Shown: positions 59,163 through 64,000 of the stretch, one piece after another
How positions within the stretch are numbered: the stretch's first letter is position 1
Layout of the letters: each line of letters starts with the position of its first letter
Origin: Fistulifera solaris
Taxonomy: Eukaryota
DNA length: 64,000 bases
NCBI GenBank assembly: GCA_030295235.1
Contig: AP026173.1
Coordinates: forward strand, 310,001 to 374,000
Reading direction: 5' to 3'
Translations under genes and position numbers: made by a program
The notes under the pieces: model-generated
Told to the model about the DNA's origin: nothing
The model's input: only the letters and a program-made list of their open reading frames with translations
Databases searched by the model: none

Positions 59163-61109
59163 ATGTCATCCTACAAACCTCTCGAACAGTTTACCTTCAC
59201 GCCTTGCCATCCTCTGCGCTTGGCGGCCTCTTCTGACAGCGAATCGTTGCTCGGACTCTTGCAGCCTACCGCCGATCCTCAAAGCCTGGAGTGCCACGAA
59301 AGCACCGGAATCAAGCTCGCAGATCATCAAGTTGCCAGCCTTCGCAGCACCCAGACTCTCGATGCTCTCCGCGAACATTTAAACAGCAATGAATGGTCCG
59401 TGTCGACTTGGATCGCGGCGCCCGTTCCTCCGGCGGATGAAATTCCCTCATTGCAGCCCATTTGGACGATCGGATCGGGCCAAGTCTCTCGCATGCTTCC
59501 GACTGATGGCGGCTGCGGTGGATACTCTTTGATGGTGGCGCAGTTTGGAGCGAATCTCGTCGTTGCCTTTGAAGATGCGACACAGTCCTGCCGCATGATT
59601 CGCATCGGGCAGTACGAGTTGCAGCACAATGTCCCCGTGTCCTTGACCATCACGACATCGGGATCTGCGACGAACTTGTATATGCAAGGAAAGCCGATCA
59701 TGGAGAATATTCCTTACGCTGGCGGATTTGACGCGTCTTCCCATGCATCAGACATTGCAATTGTTTCCTCAGATTGATGCGAGTGACTCCACCACTGTGC
59801 CGTTTCAAGGCTCCATTCGGCAAGTTTCTTTCTTTGATCAAACTCTAGCAACAACGCAAGTGCAAAACGTCTTTGAAGAAGGGGTTGGGGAAGCTGCGGT
59901 TGTTCCTCTTTATTTGGAAGCAAAGGCTTCGGAGGCTGTCCTGATCGAGCAAGATGCCCCGATCAGTGAGCCGACCTTGATTTGGGTGGGCGGAACCAAC
60001 ACGTCGACTACCACGTTGCCACTGTTCGTTGACATTGCAAGCATTCCGACAATGGGAGAGCTTTACACCGAAGGAATCAAACTGTTGTCAGGCGCGAATA
60101 GCCTTCCCATTCCTGTGAACTCGACGGGTCTATGGATTGAATACAGACGACCGTCGGACAACTACTTCACGATGCCATCGACCAACGCTTACGGGGAGTC
60201 CCTGGAAATGCCCAACGAATCGTTTCAGTATCGTGTTGTCGCCCTGTGGGAGCAGCGTACACTCGCATCGTCCGAACTTGTCACGCAAAAGGTGACTATC
60301 CAGCATGTGAATCATGCACCGACATGGAACAACGCCAATGAAGCAATTGTTACGATCGTCAACAATTTGCCGAGCTACAACTTCAGCTACCCGTCATTGA
60401 TGGATGATTCCGACTTGAACTTGAATCGCGTACGAGTTGACTTGACTGTCCAACACGGTCGCATCAGCCTAAGCAGTGAAACGCTCCACTTGGCTGACTT
60501 TGACTTCTGCAACATGCGAAGTTATTCCGCCTGGCAATGCACGAAAGATGGAGTTAACAAGAAGCTTAATTTCATTTGTTGCCGTTCCTGACGACGTTTC
60601 TAACATTTTGGCCGGTCTCTCTTACGAGGGATTCGTTGCTGGCAACGAAGATAACCTACTCATGGATGTTTACGATGGAGCTGGAGGTCAATGCTTAGAT
60701 GAGCGCGAACATGAAGCTTGGAATAGCAACTGGCGAACCGATAGCTCCTCTCAAGCTTCTCACGGTGTTTCGAGGATGCTACCATGTTCAATCTAGCATC
60801 AAATTACCATCAACAACAATCTCTGGGGAAAACAAATCTGGCGGATCGAAATTATTGTCCTACATGAACTTGGACTTCAAGAACTTCGGCTCGGCCGACA
60901 TTGCTTTCTGGGCCGTTTTCTTTGCGGTCTGCTACTGCCTGTATCATCTCATTCGAGACTGCTGCCCTAACTGCCTCGCTCGCGGTGCCCGTGTCCAGCC
61001 TGATAACTATGGAAGTCAAGACGAAACACAAAAGGCTGGGGTAGAAATTCAAGCCGAAATCGAAGTGAACGAGACAACGTCGCCGACCAATGCCGATGAT
61101 CTCGTGTAG
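59163..61109 (+). CDS. LamG/cadherin-like membrane protein, copy 3 (frameshifted, most diverged)
   Basis: Colinear with copies 1 and 2 from MSSYKPLE to NADDLV*. Confidence 0.75.
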
Positions 61110-61379
61110 CACTGCTGTCGCACAAAGTGCACGCATTAGTCTACATAGAACAGATAAAGGAATAAAAGAATAGAAAAGAAAAAAAGGATATTGAGTTGAA
61201 AAGTACTATTAGTAGCACCGCTGTCGCACAAAGTGCACGGTGCACGCATCACAACATAAGACATAGGAAAGAAAAAGGGATGGTAACAGCGCCGTAAGTT
61301 GTTGCTGCTTTGCAAAGGCATTCCTGTATAGTATTCTATCGGAACGAACAAATAATGACATTAGTCAACACGTTTTTTA

Positions 61380-61600
61380 TCAGTTCCATTTACGGCCTCA
61401 ATCGGGGACAACAACGCTTCAAACAAAGTTGGCTCTTTCCCAGTAAAGTTTAATCGATATGAGCGTTCGACCACAACGAGGACAAAGCATCTCTTGAGTT
61501 GTTCTTTCTTGGGTTTCTTTCCGTCGACATCTGCTTCACTTTTGGGTCGGTTTCTTAGGCTCATGCGCGGGCTTGATAGTCAAACGTATCACTGCAATAG
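61380..61600 (-). pseudogene. Second decayed 3' fragment of the seryl-tRNA synthetase gene
   Basis: [24 protein letters not shown] versus intact [24 protein letters not shown]. Confidence 0.85.
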
Positions 61601-62490
61601 CAATGGCGTGCAACAAAAAAGAAACAGTCGGAGCTTCCAATAAAGGAAATCGACGAGAGATCGACAACGACTGTAAATCTTCAGTCATTGTCAAAAGAAC
61701 GCACCGGAACGCTACACCTTGTGCTCAAAAGTAGCTTCTCGAGGAGAATTTCGGAAGACAAGCCACCGAGGCAGCGCCAAAACGCACGATGATTTACGCG
61801 TTCGCGACGTAAACTTCAGCTTCCAACGATACACATCATAACCATGAGACCGTGAGAAGGAATAAATAATCCAGGTCTGCAAGTACTTCACGAAAAGATA
61901 GTACGATTAGGCGTTGAACGATGAGCACCCCTCGAGCGCGCGCGAGGTAACGGCGAGTTTTTCCGCATCAAGGAGTGCGAGGCGCGACAGTCCGCACCGG
62001 TACATGTTACCCAGGACGATAAAGAGTCGATGAGTGATGATTCAAAGACATATCAGAGGATATTACGTTGCTTTCAGAGCAAATTTGACATTATGGTGTG
62101 ATTTTTTGTTAAAGCTTGCTGCGGTGTATTATTGCTACGTGATTTGAGTACCACGTATGCGTACGTGGCGAGGACTACCAAGGCTACGTTACTATTATAC
62201 AACATACGCTACAAATACGACGATACTGTATCTAAGCCGTACCGCTGCTGTACGCTGTACATTTTCGCTGCTTGTTCGCACTTTTCAAAGGAATCGCCGT
62301 GTTGAAAGGTAAGTTACCATGAAGATCTTTATTAACGTCTACTTTCCGACTCTTTTGTCTCTTTCTCATGAAAGATGAAGTCTTTACTCACATTTGTGCT
62401 TGCTTTTGATGTTTTGAAGGTTTGAAATCGCTTACAAAAAGTACAATTGACAAAGTCAAGTGTCCGCAGCATCGCAAAAAAGCAAGCAAA

Positions 62491-64000
62491 ATGAAAAATA
62501 AAAAGATTAATCCTATCGTTTGGCACGAGGGAGTTGCCTCTCTTCGTGTCGTTAGCTAACAAAGTACTCGAAAAGAAGGAGGATATTCGCAAGAGCACTG
62601 GGTCTCAGTGGAAATCGAAGCAGTGGGTTCCTGCTAGCGGTTTCTCTGTCGAAGAGACGGTGAATATTGCAATTAGCTTTGGAGACCAATTCAAGGCTTT
62701 GCAGCACACAGAGCATAGCGTCGTTCGTCGCGGTGAATTAACCACGCTTGACGCTGTCCTCGGCGACAGTTTCAAGATTTTGAGAAAGGAATTGAGTGAT
62801 ATGGCTGCCTTTCAGACGAAGAGTACTGCGTCAGCGAGTGCCGTTACGGGTACGGCCGCAGCAGCGTCACTTGATCCTGTTGCTGGTGGTGGTGAAAAAG
62901 CTGTTTCTGCTGCTTCGCAAACGTCCGTATTCGCGGTCGGAAAAAGAGTGATGTTGCGAAGAAAAGCCGGAAAGGTACGAAGGGTTCTCGTCGCAACGAA
63001 TGCAACGAACGTAGTTCATCATCCCGTTGCATCCCGTCTCCCGACCCGCAATCACGGCCTCTCTTCTACCAATCATCTACGTCCTGTTTCCAGCCAGTAG
63101 TACGGGGCTAGAGAAATGGCAGATCGGCGACAAGTTGATGGACTGGATGAAGGAGAATGATTACAATTCTTCTCCCGACTGGACTGCAATTAACGGCCTT
63201 GTCGAGAGTACCGGCATGAAGCCATCGCAAATAGTCGCTTGGACCGCAGAACTGGGAGCGAGTGTAGTTAAGCTCCGCGAGTGGTGGTGTTGCTGGTGAA
63301 GAATCAATTGGACTTCGAGTTGAAGTTGCAATGGAAAAACAGCCAGAAATCATCACAATCGAAGATGATGACGATGACGAAGACGAAGACGTTAGCCTCC
63401 GGAGCTCGCTGAAGAGAACGACAAGGATGATGATATCAGTAGCCTACTTGGACTCTCCGCGGACGAAATGATTGACGACTTTTACGCAAAGTATGCAGGA
63501 GTCAGTTTACCAGAAACCACGGAGGATGTTGATGTCGATGTTGCAGGTGGTGATGATGATGAAGCTAACTGGGATTCGCTCATTGCAGAGTATTTCGATG
63601 TCATGGACGCAGATGAGTTAGATGTTGTTGATGACGAAACGACAGTATGCTCTGTCGCAAAGCCGTGCAAGGTGCAACAAGATGCTTGCGAAGCTCACAG
63701 TAAAGCCCGCGAGTGAATTTGAGTCCGCGGGTGAAGCTGCGTTGGAGTCGTCGTGTTTGGAATCACTCGAGTCGTTGGAAGAGCTAGTCCTGGAGCTTGG
63801 CTTCAATTTTGATGATGACTGCGAGTGTGGAACTTCGAGTTTTTCATGCGTCGTCCAGGAAGGAACGAAGGACCCGTGCATTGACGGAATGTCATCAAAT
63901 TTGTTGCTTGGACAGTTGACTTCCGATGAAGATGCGTTGATCAAAGAGCTTGCCTTGTCCCTGCCTGGTGCTGACGGGGATCTTCACAGTCCATCCATGC
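62491..64000 (+). CDS. Divergent TALE-homeodomain-like protein, copy 5 (frameshifted, truncated by window end)
   Basis: MKNKKINP at 62491; ORF 62534..63100 reads through the linker that is broken in other copies; homeodomain-like segment near 63105-63255. Confidence 0.65.

Overview
Gene-dense eukaryotic DNA, most consistent with a diatom or related stramenopile: short GT-AG introns, signal-peptide + aromatic-residue plastid-type presequences, a PsbP-domain protein and an AA15-type LPMO. Single-base indels interrupt many conserved genes (SerRS, PRP18, PHB2, DPH4, Gemin2), mostly at homopolymers, so frameshifts are read mainly as sequencing or assembly error. Main points: (1) a non-coding cluster missed by the ORF track, with an RNase MRP RNA gene followed by two identical tRNA-Sec genes; (2) an Ero1-fumarate reductase-cytochrome b5 fusion gene; (3) nested direct and inverted segmental duplications giving five copies of a divergent TALE-homeodomain-like gene and three copies of a LamG/cadherin-like membrane protein gene, while co-duplicated neighbours (SerRS 3' end, a membrane-protein gene) have decayed; (4) three tandem microprotein genes sharing a PEFVDYGP motif; (5) a bacterial-type GH5-CBM6 gene and a SET-TPR-2OG oxygenase fusion. 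All family calls come from motif recognition by eye; no searches were run.
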